This document shows, piece by piece, positions 30,839 through 41,151 of a stretch of DNA of 64,000 nt. The notes under the pieces were generated by a model. The model ran no database searches. It was not told the DNA's origin and saw only the letters and a program-made list of their open reading frames with translations. The stretch covers positions 78,285 through 142,284 of the forward strand of contig JAZRRE010000030.1 in the NCBI GenBank assembly GCA_045650505.1, in the 5' to 3' direction. The DNA comes from Clostridia bacterium (GTDB lineage Bacteria > Bacillota > Clostridia > Christensenellales > UBA1242). Position numbers and translations under genes: made by a program. Each line of letters opens with the position of its first letter. The first letter of the stretch is position 1.

Positions 30839-31973
30839 ACTTGAGATTCTTCACAAATTCTTCAAGTTTTTCAACTCTTGCTTCTAAACTAGCATCAGTA
30901 ATAACTTTAATGATTGCAGTTTCAAGCACAATTCTTGGTTGAACTGAATAACGAAGTTCTTGCTCAATTTCACTTAAAACTTCAATTGCCTTAACCATAA
31001 CAGCATAATTTTCTTTTGTGGCTTGTGCTTTCATTTTTTCAAAAATGTCATCTTTAACAACCACAATTTCACGAGATTTATCTGCTAAAGTGTAAACCAA
31101 AAGCAAATCTCTAAAATATGAAATCAAATCATTTGAGAACACAAGTGGACTTTTGCCTTGAGATAACACTTTGTCAAGTTCAACAAGTGCCTCACCCACA
31201 TTTTTTGTTAAAATATGGTCTGTGATTTTAATTAAAATTTCTCTTTCTGAAACACCAAGCACTGCAAGCACTTTTTGGTAAGTGAGTTCATCACCTGCAA
31301 ATGAAACGCAACGGTCAGCAATCGAAAGTGTGTCACGAACTGAACCTTCGCCTGCCCTTGCAATAATGTTTATTGCTTGCTCATCATATTTCACATTTTC
31401 ACTATCGAGAACTTTCTTTAAAAGTGAAGATAACTCTTCAAGTGAAACAAGTTTAAAATCAAATCTCAAACATCTTGAAAGAATAGTTGCAGGAAGTTTG
31501 TGAACTTCGGTTGTTGCAAGCACAAACACTGTGTGTGCTGGTGGCTCTTCAAGAGTTTTTAAGAGTGCATTGAATGCAGATGTTGAAAGCATATGGACTT
31601 CGTCAATGATATAAACTTTATATTTTCCAACCACAGGTGGATATTTCACTTTTTCACGAAGTTCACGAATTTCATCAACGCCATTGTTTGAAGCAGCATC
31701 AATTTCTAAAACATCGATGTTTGTGCCATCAAGTGATTTGCAAACATCACACTCAAGACAAGGTGAACCATCTTTTGAACTAGTGCAGTTTATTGCTTTT
31801 GCAAAAATTTTCGCAGTGCTGGTTTTTCCTGTTCCACGGCTACCACAAAAAAGATATGCGTGTGAAATTTTATCAAGCTTAATTTGGTTGATTAAAGTTT
31901 TCACAATATGGTCTTGACCGATAACTTCATTGAAAGTTCTTGGTCTATATTTTCTATAAAGTGCCAAATACAT
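30828..31973 (-). CDS. dnaX: DNA polymerase III gamma/tau, domains I-III
   Basis: ALYRKYRP, GSRGTGKT, DEVHML, SRC; ends at 381 aa. Confidence 0.97.
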   Translation of the reverse strand: MYLALYRKYRPRTFNEVIGQDHIVKTLINQIKLDKISHAYLFCGSRGTGKTSTAKIFAKAINCTSSKDGSPCLECDVCKSLDGTNIDVLEIDAASNNGVDEIRELREKVKYPPVVGKYKVYIIDEVHMLSTSAFNALLKTLEEPPAHTVFVLATTEVHKLPATILSRCLRFDFKLVSLEELSSLLKKVLDSENVKYDEQAINIIARAGEGSVRDTLSIADRCVSFAGDELTYQKVLAVLGVSEREILIKITDHILTKNVGEALVELDKVLSQGKSPLVFSNDLISYFRDLLLVYTLADKSREIVVVKDDIFEKMKAQATKENYAVMVKAIEVLSEIEQELRYSVQPRIVLETAIIKVITDASLEARVEKLEEFVKNLKFPR

Positions 31974-31994
31974 AAGCGTTCTCCTTGCTTTTGC

Positions 31995-32041
31995 TATTTT
32001 TTCATTATTTTCTGGTATTATTTTTATTATTTTTGCGTTTT
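31995..32041 (-). repeat. Post-stop bipartite motif copy 2
   Basis: AAAACGCAAAAATA-N23-TGAAAAAATA right after sigH stop. Confidence 0.7.
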
Positions 32042-32596
32042 TTATTTCAATTTATTTTTGATTCTTTGAAGAGTGTTATCAATCGCCTTAACTTCTTTGT
32101 TTAAGTTTTTAGCAATTTCTGCTTGTTTTTCACCATCAAGATAATGCTTTAAAACCTCTTTTTCATAAGGTGTCAATTTCTTTTCACACTTCTTCATTCT
32201 CTCACTAAATTTTTCTTTATCAATAAAAAGGTCAAGTGGGTCATTTGATGTGTTTCGGTCAGCAAAAACTTCAAGAAGCGTTTGCTCTTCACCCTCATCA
32301 TCAAATGTGGTGAATGGAACCGACTCATTAAGTGCTTTATTTTTGCCTGTGTTGGCTTTTTTGATTGCGTCTAAAATTTGTCTTTTCACACAAAGTTTCA
32401 CAAATGCATCAAACTTTGGTTCAAACAAACTTTCTCCGTTATAATCGTTGCAAGCTTCAATAATGCCAATCACACCCTCTTCAAAAAGGTCTTCAGCTGT
32501 GCCGCCCACAATATAATATTTTCGTGAAAGTGAACTGACATATTTTGAATATTTCTGCACCACTTTCACAACATCACTAGGATTCACATTTTTCAA
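32042..32596 (-). CDS. sigH: SigH-like RNA polymerase sigma factor
   Basis: YYIVGGTAEDLFEEG, KNKALN, KAIDNTLQRIKNKL; follows mrnC-rlmB; TTG start. Confidence 0.85.
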   Translation of the reverse strand: MKNVNPSDVVKVVQKYSKYVSSLSRKYYIVGGTAEDLFEEGVIGIIEACNDYNGESLFEPKFDAFVKLCVKRQILDAIKKANTGKNKALNESVPFTTFDDEGEEQTLLEVFADRNTSNDPLDLFIDKEKFSERMKKCEKKLTPYEKEVLKHYLDGEKQAEIAKNLNKEVKAIDNTLQRIKNKLK

Positions 32597-32621
32597 AACT
32601 TTATCCTCTCTTTGGTTTTAA

Positions 32622-33344
32622 TTAACTTCTTTGTCTAACTGCTTCATAAAGCACAATGCCTGCACTAACACTAGCGTTGAGTGAGTTCACTCTTCCAAAC
32701 ATAGGAATCGAAATGATTCCATCACAAATTTTTCTTGTGAGTGAGTGAACGCCTGTTCCTTCACCACCAATAACAAGAGCAATGTCACCTTTAAGGTTTG
32801 TCTTGCCCATTGGTGAGCCGTCCATATCAGCGGCATAAACCCAAACATTTCTTTGCTTTAAATCTTCAAGTGTTTGGTTAAGGTTTGAAACTTTAATCAC
32901 CGGCATATAAGCAGTTGCACCAGCAGAAGTTCTTATAACTGTTTCATTAACAGTTGCACTTCTTCTTGCAGGAATAATCACACCGCTTGCCCCAGCACAT
33001 TCAGCAACACGAATAACTGAACCCAAGTTGTGTGGGTCTAAAACTTCATCAAGCACCACAAACAAAAGGTCTTTTCCTTTTGCTTTTTCACTTGCAATAA
33101 CTTCATCAAGATTTGCATATTTAAACTCTGTATAATAAGCAATGATTCCTTGATGATGACCTGTTTCACTTGCTTTATCAAGCCCACGCTTGTCAACATA
33201 ATCAACTTTAATGCCTTTATCTCTTGCAAGTTGTGCGAGTGCACGAACTTCGTTATCTTTTGAACCATTTTCGATTGAAATTTTTTCAATGGTTGCCCCT
33301 GAACCAAGAAGTTCACGAACAGGATTTTTTCCTTCTGCTTTCAT
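32622..33344 (-). CDS. rlmB: 23S rRNA 2'-O-methyltransferase RlmB
   Basis: HQG, DPHNLG..IR, GGEGTG, IPMFGRVNSLNAS. Confidence 0.95.
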   Translation of the reverse strand: MKAEGKNPVRELLGSGATIEKISIENGSKDNEVRALAQLARDKGIKVDYVDKRGLDKASETGHHQGIIAYYTEFKYANLDEVIASEKAKGKDLLFVVLDEVLDPHNLGSVIRVAECAGASGVIIPARRSATVNETVIRTSAGATAYMPVIKVSNLNQTLEDLKQRNVWVYAADMDGSPMGKTNLKGDIALVIGGEGTGVHSLTRKICDGIISIPMFGRVNSLNASVSAGIVLYEAVRQRS

Positions 33345-33362
33345 ATTTTTACCTCAATATTT

Positions 33363-33409
33363 TATTTTTTCACTATTTTATGTTTATTTTTCTTTAATTT
33401 TTGCATTTT
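33363..33409 (-). repeat. Post-stop bipartite motif copy 3
   Basis: AAAATGCAAAAATT-N23-TGAAAAAATA right after mrnC stop. Confidence 0.7.
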
Positions 33410-33820
33410 TTATTCAGTCTCAAGTTCTTCAAGTGAAAGTGTTAAAATTTCGTGAAGCCTTGCTTTTTCGCCCGTCAAGTGCAAATAGCCAATAAGTGCT
33501 TCAAGTGCTGTTGCATAAATATATTCAGCATAACTGAAATTTTTTGCTTTTGAATGAATGTGAGTGTTTCTTGCCCTTCTTGCAACATCTTGTTCTTCTT
33601 CTGTTAAACTCTCTTCAATCTTCTTGAAAGTTTTAAACTGCGAACCGGCTTTAACCACCGATGAAACCATCTTATTCATTTTGTTAACTTTAACGCCAAA
33701 CTTATCAGCAATATATGTTCGAACAAAGAGTGTTTGAACACTGTCACCAATCATAGCAAGCACAAGTGGTTGCATTGTTTTTGCTTTGGCTTTATCCATT
33801 ATAAAATCAATATTTTCCAT
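33410..33820 (-). CDS. mrnC: Mini-ribonuclease III
   Basis: LAMIGDSV, RRARN, ATALEALIGYL. Confidence 0.93.
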   Translation of the reverse strand: MENIDFIMDKAKAKTMQPLVLAMIGDSVQTLFVRTYIADKFGVKVNKMNKMVSSVVKAGSQFKTFKKIEESLTEEEQDVARRARNTHIHSKAKNFSYAEYIYATALEALIGYLHLTGEKARLHEILTLSLEELETE

Positions 33821-33922
33821 ACTTTCACCTTACTGCTTTATTATATCATTTTTCACATCATATTGCAATAATTAAATTTGCAAGTGCCTATAAAATAAAT
33901 AAAACTCATAAACACATTAAAA

Positions 33923-33952
33923 GTATATTTCAAATTTATTTTGCACATATTA
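33923..33952 (+). promoter_or_regulatory. Sporulation sigma (G/E-like) promoter of amidase gene
   Basis: GTATA-18-CATATTA upstream of CwlD-like gene. Confidence 0.55.
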
Positions 33953-33972
33953 ATAATAAAAGGGCTTATTTT

Positions 33973-34791
33973 ATGAAAAAAATATTAAATTTCACTATTT
34001 TCTTTAATTTATTCTTTATTTTTTGCAGTTTTTTTGTAAACGTTTTTGCCCCACCACCCATAAAAATTCCAAAACAAACTAATGCAAAAGATATAACAGC
34101 AAGTGAACTTGAAATCAAAGAATATCAAAACTTTGAGCATGGGGTTTACACCAGCACAAATGCTGAAGAGTTTGAAACCGAAACCAAACCCACCGACACA
34201 CCAAAAAACCAAAACTATACCATCGTGATAGACGCTGGTCATGGTGGGCCAGACCCTGGTTCAATTGGCTATAAAACCAAAGTGCTTGAAGCCGACATCA
34301 ATTTAAAAATGTCTTATCTTTTAAAAGATAAACTTGAAAAAGCGGGCATTTCTGTAATTATGACACGTTCTACAAATGAAGCACTTGCAGAAGGCAGAGG
34401 CAAATCTTTCAAAAAACGAGATATGGAAAGCAGAAAAGAAATCATAAAGCAAGCAAGACCAAATATGGTGATTAGTTTGCATCAAAACAGTTTCACAAAT
34501 CACTCACTTCGTGGCGCACAGGTTTTTTATGATAAGAAAAGTGAAATCAGCAAACAAATTGCCGATATGATTCAAAAGGAGTTTTTGAAAAACCTTGAAC
34601 ATAGCAATAAATCAATCAGTCCAGGAAACTATTATATGCTCAAATGCACAGCTGCCCCATCAGTGATTGTTGAATGTGGATTTTTGTCACACGCAGAAGA
34701 AGAAAAACTTTTGCAAACTGAAGAATATCAAAACAAAATCACCGATGCTATATGCAATGGAATTTTAAATTTTATCTCAACAATCAAATAA
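33973..34791 (+). CDS. N-acetylmuramoyl-L-alanine amidase (CwlD-like)
   Basis: IDAGHGGPDPG, EADINL, ISLHQN, RGAQVFY, VECGFLS; N-terminal TM. Confidence 0.9.
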   Translation: MKKILNFTIFFNLFFIFCSFFVNVFAPPPIKIPKQTNAKDITASELEIKEYQNFEHGVYTSTNAEEFETETKPTDTPKNQNYTIVIDAGHGGPDPGSIGYKTKVLEADINLKMSYLLKDKLEKAGISVIMTRSTNEALAEGRGKSFKKRDMESRKEIIKQARPNMVISLHQNSFTNHSLRGAQVFYDKKSEISKQIADMIQKEFLKNLEHSNKSISPGNYYMLKCTAAPSVIVECGFLSHAEEEKLLQTEEYQNKITDAICNGILNFISTIK

Positions 34792-34842
34792 TATTTTAAA
34801 ATAAAAAAAGACCAGTTTTTTCGCTAAAATTTGGTCTTTTTT

Positions 34843-34889
34843 TATTTTTTCATTATTTTTAATATATTTTTCTTTGATTTTTGCAGTTT
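34843..34889 (-). repeat. Post-stop bipartite motif copy 4
   Basis: AAACTGCAAAAATC-N23-TGAAAAAATA right after stop 34890. Confidence 0.7.
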
Positions 34890-36485
34890 TTAATCAGCCA
34901 TCATTCCAGCATAGGCAGGTTTTTCTTCTTGTTGTTCTTCTCTTTTAACTTCTTTCTTTTGCGGTTGCTTTATGGTGTTTTTAATCATCACTGCTTCTTG
35001 TTGAAAGAAGTTTTCACAGGCTTCATTTAAATTCCATTTTGAAAGTGCTAGATAAACTGAATTTTCAAAAATATCATTTGCTTTATTTTCTGCCATAGCC
35101 TCATCTTGATATCTCACAAAATAAACATTTGAAAGTGCTTCATAAAGCATCATTGAATCAAGTGGCAAAGTTCTTGCGCATTCTTCTTGCATCAATTCAT
35201 AATTAATGTTTGCAACTTTGTCATCAACCTTTTCAGCAATTTCTTCTAAAATGCTATCATCAGGTTGATACTTATTTCCATAATTGATAAGCTCTGAAAA
35301 CAGTTCTTCAATTGAAAGATTGCTTGAAACATAAGTTCGAAGCAGAAGCATTTCAAGTCGCCTTGAAAGATATTTATCTTTCGGCTGAATAATCATTCGA
35401 TAAAGCTCATCATAAATGCTTGGGAAAAATGTTTGTTCAATTTCATCATTAGAAAGCTTTTGAACAGTTGACCTTTGTTTAAACACCTCAAAAGCATCGG
35501 CATTTTTTGTGAATGTTTCCACAAGCATTCTGTCAATTGTATTTCCAAAACTTTTGATATCAAACACTTTATCAAATTCGCTGTCATTCACACCGGAAAC
35601 AATTCTCATAAATTCATTGATAGTTTCAGTGTAAAACCAAGACTCACCCGCAAGGCGAATCTTTCCAGAATATAAAATTTCTAATTCTTCATCAGTTAAA
35701 AGTGCGTGATTGATTGTTTTTCCAAGTGTTTCTTTTCTAGCATCTTTGCTTGGGTCAGAGTTAAACATTCCAAAACAATCATACATTTTATCATTAATAT
35801 AAACCTTGCAAATTGCGTGGTTTATACTGTTAAAATCTTCTTTTTCATCAACGCCATCAACTGCAAGTTGAACAATGCAAGGAATACCTATCCTTTTGCA
35901 GAGTTCTGCAAGCATTGATGCATAACCAATGCAAACAATTTTATCACCGTTTAAAACTTTCACAAGGTTTCTTGAATCCATACGTTTATCAAGTGTTGCA
36001 TCATCACTTTTTTGATATTCAAAACTTGTAACAAGTTCGTAAGCATAAATAAACTTTTCAAGCGGAGTGAATTCTCTGCCAAAAACTCTAGCTTCATTTA
36101 TTCTTTTTGCCCATTTTGAAATTTTGCTACTTGCTTGAAGAGTTTCATCAAGAGTGTAGCCTGAATAATTAAAAACATCTTCGCCCTCAACAAAAAGAGC
36201 GTTAAATTTATTGCTTTCTAAAGTAGCGAAATTTTGCTTTAAAATTTCGGTTTCATCTTCATCAAAAATTGTACTATTAGAAGTGTTTCCAATAGGAATG
36301 CTTATTCTAATATCACCTGCTCTAAAATGCTTGCAGATTCTCTCAATCATTTCACTGTTAAGTGCGATGTCACGAGTAATAATAATTGTTTCTGCATTTT
36401 CTTCATTTGCTGAAATTGCAATTCTTGCAAGTTCTTCATCTGAATAAATTTTAGACAAAAAAACACTGTTGTTTGCAATCAACAT
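34890..36485 (-). CDS. Transglutaminase-like (Cys-His-Asp) domain orphan protein
   Basis: IVCIGYASML..LCKRIGIPC, NHAICKVY, NSDPSKD. Confidence 0.75.
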   Translation of the reverse strand: MLIANNSVFLSKIYSDEELARIAISANEENAETIIITRDIALNSEMIERICKHFRAGDIRISIPIGNTSNSTIFDEDETEILKQNFATLESNKFNALFVEGEDVFNYSGYTLDETLQASSKISKWAKRINEARVFGREFTPLEKFIYAYELVTSFEYQKSDDATLDKRMDSRNLVKVLNGDKIVCIGYASMLAELCKRIGIPCIVQLAVDGVDEKEDFNSINHAICKVYINDKMYDCFGMFNSDPSKDARKETLGKTINHALLTDEELEILYSGKIRLAGESWFYTETINEFMRIVSGVNDSEFDKVFDIKSFGNTIDRMLVETFTKNADAFEVFKQRSTVQKLSNDEIEQTFFPSIYDELYRMIIQPKDKYLSRRLEMLLLRTYVSSNLSIEELFSELINYGNKYQPDDSILEEIAEKVDDKVANINYELMQEECARTLPLDSMMLYEALSNVYFVRYQDEAMAENKANDIFENSVYLALSKWNLNEACENFFQQEAVMIKNTIKQPQKKEVKREEQQEEKPAYAGMMAD

Positions 36486-36673
36486 ATTAGCGCCCTCCCT
36501 TTAAAAGCGTCTCTAATGTTATTATAACATACTTATTTTTCAATTTCAATAGTGCTATGAAGATTAATTTTTGACAGATTTTGCACTAATTTTGTCGAGT
36601 TTTGCACAATTAAATTAACTCTTGATTTAAAAAAGCAATTTACAATAAACTTTAAATGTGATATTATAAGCAT

Positions 36674-37270
36674 ATGGAACAAAAAGAATTAGAACAAAAC
36701 AAAGAAGAATTTTTAAGAATCGCAAGAGAAAACATTAAGCGTGAAGGCATTGAAGAACTTTTGAAGTGGCTTTCTTCAACCGACTTTTTTGAAGCACCTG
36801 CTTCAACAAAGTTTCATATGGCAGAAGCCGGTGGTCTTTGCAAGCACTCAATCAATGTTTATAACAGACTTGTTCGCCTTGCGCGTGATGAATGGGGCGA
36901 AGAAAACTTAAACCACGAAACACTTGCAATTGTGGCACTTTTTCACGATATCTGCAAATGTTGTTTTTATAAAACTGAAATGAGAAATGTTAAAGAAAAT
37001 GGCGAATGGGTGCAAAAACCATATTACACAATTGATGATGCCCTTCCTTATGGACATGGCGAAAAATCAGTTTATATCGTGAATGGATACATTCGTTTAA
37101 CTCGTGAAGAAGCCCTTGCAATCAATTGGCATATGGGCGGTTTTGATTCAAGAGTTATGGGCGGAGATATGAGCCTTGCAAAAGCATACTACAAATATCC
37201 ACTTTGCACACTCGTTCATCTTTCTGACATTATGGCAACATATTTAGATGAAACACAAACACAATCTTAA
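36674..37270 (+). CDS. HD domain phosphohydrolase
   Basis: APASTKFH, GGLCKHS, FHDICK, GHGEKS, WHMG. Confidence 0.9.
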   Translation: MEQKELEQNKEEFLRIARENIKREGIEELLKWLSSTDFFEAPASTKFHMAEAGGLCKHSINVYNRLVRLARDEWGEENLNHETLAIVALFHDICKCCFYKTEMRNVKENGEWVQKPYYTIDDALPYGHGEKSVYIVNGYIRLTREEALAINWHMGGFDSRVMGGDMSLAKAYYKYPLCTLVHLSDIMATYLDETQTQS

Positions 37271-37287
37271 ATTCAAGGAGAACTATT

Positions 37288-38958
37288 ATGGACTATCAAA
37301 AACTTGCAAATCTATTATATAAAAATGTGCACACCACACCAGAATATTACTATGAAAAATTCCCTGAAAGAAACCTTGCTCCAAAAGCTGAAGTAACAAG
37401 AATTGCTCCAAGCCCAACAGGATTTTTTCACACAGGAACACTTTTTGGCTCAATGATTGACAAATTTGTTGCAGACAAATCAAACGGTGTGTTCTTCCTT
37501 CGAATTGAAGACACTGACCAAAAGAGAAAAATTCAAGGTGCGGCAGATATTGCTTATCAAATGCTTAACAAATTCAATACTTCACCTGATGAAGGTTTTA
37601 TGGGTGAAGGAAAAGAACAAGTTGGCGCTTATGGCAGCTACGTTCAATCTGAAAGACTTGAAATGTATCACGCTTTTGCAAAACGCCTTGTTGAACTTGG
37701 CAGAGCATTCCCTTGTTTTTGTAAACAAACCGAAGGCAAAGAAGACATCAAAGAACGTCGTGCAAAACAACTTGAAGAAACCGGAGCAATCATCGACCAC
37801 GATGTTTGCCGAAACCTTGATATTGCTGACATTGAACTTAATCTCAAAATGGGCAAGCCTTGGGCACTTAAACTTCTCTCTACCGGAGACCCTGACAAAA
37901 CTTTCAAGTTTACTGATATGATTAAAGGTGAAAGAGAAATTCACGAAAACACAAAAGATATCGTGCTTGTAAAGAGCAACGGAATTCCACCTTATGCTCT
38001 TGCACATATTGTTGATGACACACTTATGCACGTTACAACCGTTGTACGCGGCGAAGAATGGTGGCCATCACTTTCCGCTCACCTTGAACTTTTCAGAGCA
38101 TTTGGTTTAAAACCACCTAAATATGCTCACACCCCTGTAATTTGCAAACTTGATGAAAAAACAGGCAACAAGAGAAAATTAAGCAAACGTTATGACCCAG
38201 AAGCAGACACAAGATGGTTTGTTGTTGAGGGTTATCCAACCGTTGCTTTGAATGAATATTTGTTGAATCTTTTAAACAGTGATTTCGAAAATTGGAGAAA
38301 GGCTAATCCTGATGCACCTTACACAGATTTCCCATTCTCACTCAAAAAAGTTGGTTCAAGCAACCCAATGTTCGATGTTGTTAAAATTAATGATATCTCA
38401 AAAAACATTATTTCAAAAATTCCTGGAAAAGAACTTTTAAGATTCATTGTTGATTGGGCAAATGAATTCGACCAAGACTTCGCATCAGTGTTACTTCGCA
38501 ATCAAAGTATGGCAGAAAACCTTTTCTCTCTTGACCGTGATGGTGCACCAAGACCAAGAAAAGACATCTCTCACGCTAGCGAAGTTAAAGAACTTTTCAG
38601 CTATATGTTTGATGAATATTTTGACAAAACCTCATCTCTTAACTTTGATGAAAATCAACCAAAAGAAACCATTGTTAAACTTTTAACTGAATACAAAAAA
38701 GTTTATAGCATTGATGATGACAAACAAGCTTGGTTTGAAAAACTCAAAGAGGTTGCTACCGCTTGTGGATACGTTGATATGAAAACATATAAAGCAAATC
38801 CTGAAGCTTATGTTGGAAATATCGCCGATGCAAGCAACATTGTGCGTGTGGCAATAACCGGCAGAAACAACACTCCTGACCTTTGCTCACTTATGCAAAT
38901 GCTTGGCAAAAACAGAGTTCTTGAGAGAATTGACTATGTTATTTCAAATTTGAAATAA
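37288..38958 (+). CDS. gltX: Glutamate--tRNA ligase
   Basis: TRIAPSPTGFFHTG, LRIEDTD, VVRGEEW, KLSKR. Confidence 0.93.
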   Translation: MDYQKLANLLYKNVHTTPEYYYEKFPERNLAPKAEVTRIAPSPTGFFHTGTLFGSMIDKFVADKSNGVFFLRIEDTDQKRKIQGAADIAYQMLNKFNTSPDEGFMGEGKEQVGAYGSYVQSERLEMYHAFAKRLVELGRAFPCFCKQTEGKEDIKERRAKQLEETGAIIDHDVCRNLDIADIELNLKMGKPWALKLLSTGDPDKTFKFTDMIKGEREIHENTKDIVLVKSNGIPPYALAHIVDDTLMHVTTVVRGEEWWPSLSAHLELFRAFGLKPPKYAHTPVICKLDEKTGNKRKLSKRYDPEADTRWFVVEGYPTVALNEYLLNLLNSDFENWRKANPDAPYTDFPFSLKKVGSSNPMFDVVKINDISKNIISKIPGKELLRFIVDWANEFDQDFASVLLRNQSMAENLFSLDRDGAPRPRKDISHASEVKELFSYMFDEYFDKTSSLNFDENQPKETIVKLLTEYKKVYSIDDDKQAWFEKLKEVATACGYVDMKTYKANPEAYVGNIADASNIVRVAITGRNNTPDLCSLMQMLGKNRVLERIDYVISNLK

Positions 38959-39016
38959 TTTAATAAAAATAATCACAAAAAAAGATATGGAAATTCCATA
39001 TCTTTTTCTTTTGCAA

Positions 39017-40381
39017 TTAAATAACCGTAACAAAATCTTCTTCTAAAACTTGTTTTGAAAACTCAAGATTTTCATAAGTTCCAGGTGAAGTTTCTCTTTT
39101 CACTTCAATTTTAAGAATGTCATTAACTCTTAAATCAAGCAAAAGTTCAGTGGTCAAATATTCTCTTGTGATTTCAGTTTTTTCGCCATTTATTGTCATT
39201 GACACAAAAATATCATTAACTTCTAAATCATCTGCAAAAATTGATTCACTATTAATTGCAGAAATCTTCACACTATCAATAAGTTCAACAAGGCCTGTGG
39301 TTGGATTATATCTTGAAAATTTATCATAAATATCATTTGTGATTTTTAAATTAACAGTTTTAAGTTTTGTGGTGCTTGAACCCGCTTTGTGTGATTCAAT
39401 AAGTTGTTCTGCAATTCTTTGAACCACATCTACAGGAATTGCATATTTGGTTTGGTTGTCGGCATCATTTCTTGCTCCACCATTTGTGATTCCCACCAAA
39501 TTGCCCTCAAGGTCAAAAAGTCCACCGCCACTATTTCCATTAATAATATAAGCATCGTGTTGAATGAGTCTGTGGTCGCAAGTGTGACCCGCAACAGTGA
39601 CAGAAACATTTTCACTTGGAACATCAACCACCCCACGCGAAATGTTTATTCCTTGTGCGTGGCTGTTGCCAATTGCAACAACCGGTGTGCCAGCTGAAAG
39701 TGTTTCATCTGAAAATGTCACACCGGTTGCATTTGTGTTTGAAATAAAGTTTGCAGCATCAACTTTCAAAACTGCAATATCATAAGTTGATGAACCACCA
39801 ATAAATGATGCTCTCATATAATGATGATTTCCGTGACCATAAAATTTAAGTTTGAAATAAGGATACGCTTTGTTTGCTCCCAATGAATAATATGCCACGT
39901 GATAATTTGTCACAATATATGCATCACCATTGTCATCAATATCATAAATCACTCCAGAACCTGCACTTGAAGGTGATGCATTAAATTGCAAGTCAGAAAG
40001 ATTTGTGTAACAAGACACTTCTAAAACATTTAAAAGATTTTTATTGATAGCATATTTTTCTTCATCAATCACAATTTCAAAATTTGCTTTAAGCCAATCA
40101 ACATAAGAAAGTTCAGTTTCATCGTTGTTAAACGCTTCAAGCCAAACATTATAAGAACTGATTGAATCAGCCCCGTCATCGCCATCTGTTCCATTTGTTC
40201 CAGCATCGCCTTTTTCACCCACCAAACTTTCAAGCCATTCTTCTTCAGTCATTGTTGAAGTTGGGTTGTGCTGTTTCCAAAGTTCATAAGCAGAAAGCCC
40301 GTCTTTGCCACAGGCTGAAAACATAAACATACATGGAACAATCATTAAACATAAAAATAATTTTTTCAATATTTTTTTCAT
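39017..40381 (-). CDS. HtrA-like S1C serine protease lipoprotein with short collagen-like linker
   Basis: Lipobox FSAC, GEKGDAGTNGTDGDDGAD, TNYHV, DIAVL, GNSGG, PDZ-like tail. Confidence 0.9.
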   Translation of the reverse strand: MKKILKKLFLCLMIVPCMFMFSACGKDGLSAYELWKQHNPTSTMTEEEWLESLVGEKGDAGTNGTDGDDGADSISSYNVWLEAFNNDETELSYVDWLKANFEIVIDEEKYAINKNLLNVLEVSCYTNLSDLQFNASPSSAGSGVIYDIDDNGDAYIVTNYHVAYYSLGANKAYPYFKLKFYGHGNHHYMRASFIGGSSTYDIAVLKVDAANFISNTNATGVTFSDETLSAGTPVVAIGNSHAQGINISRGVVDVPSENVSVTVAGHTCDHRLIQHDAYIINGNSGGGLFDLEGNLVGITNGGARNDADNQTKYAIPVDVVQRIAEQLIESHKAGSSTTKLKTVNLKITNDIYDKFSRYNPTTGLVELIDSVKISAINSESIFADDLEVNDIFVSMTINGEKTEITREYLTTELLLDLRVNDILKIEVKRETSPGTYENLEFSKQVLEEDFVTVI

Positions 40382-40507
40382 ATGATTTTCTCTCTTTTTA
40401 TTATGCCCTTATTATAACATTTTTAACTAATAATTAAAACTGTTTATATTTATAATTTTTAAATTCAAGCATTTTGCACCATAGTCTAAAATTTATATTT
40501 AAAACTA

Positions 40508-41047
40508 TTATTCTTTTCCATTGTTCTCATAATAACTTAAATATAAGTTTTTGTTATTCCACAAAGAAATTTCTTCACTTACTAAACATTTTGAAAAAAT
40601 TAAAGTGTTTCCAATTTTAAAGCAATTATCATCTGCGTTGTTATAAATCTCTCGAAACATACCCATCTTTTCATATAACTTAATGGCTTTTTTGTTTTCG
40701 ATATCATCTGTATAAAGTCTAAAATTTTTAAAACCCAATTCTTGCGACATACTCATCATTCGGTTTAAAATTTGTGAGCCATAACCTTTTCTTCGTTCTT
40801 CTTCAACAACACCAAACCAACCAAGCCAAGCATCGTCTTTATATAAATGATAAGAATAAAGTCCACAAATTCCCATAATTTTATTATCTTCTTTAACTAA
40901 CCAATATTTAATTGAAGACAAATGTTTGTCTTTGTTTTTAGAAACACTTTTTTTAAGCGCAAAAGTTCCATCTTCTAATGGAAATATTTTTCTTTGAACC
41001 CCTATCGCAATATCAATATTATCACAAGTTATAAGTTCTAACTCCAT
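40508..41047 (-). CDS. GNAT family acetyltransferase
   Basis: WFGVVEEERRKGYGS, NKKAIKLYEKMG. Confidence 0.9.
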   Translation of the reverse strand: MELELITCDNIDIAIGVQRKIFPLEDGTFALKKSVSKNKDKHLSSIKYWLVKEDNKIMGICGLYSYHLYKDDAWLGWFGVVEEERRKGYGSQILNRMMSMSQELGFKNFRLYTDDIENKKAIKLYEKMGMFREIYNNADDNCFKIGNTLIFSKCLVSEEISLWNNKNLYLSYYENNGKE

Positions 41048-41151
41048 AAAATCTCCTTACGCATTAATCATAACACAAATTTTAAAAACTCAATAACTTT
41101 TTAACACAAAAAAAATGCTCTATCTAAAAATGATAAAGCATTTTTCTTTTA

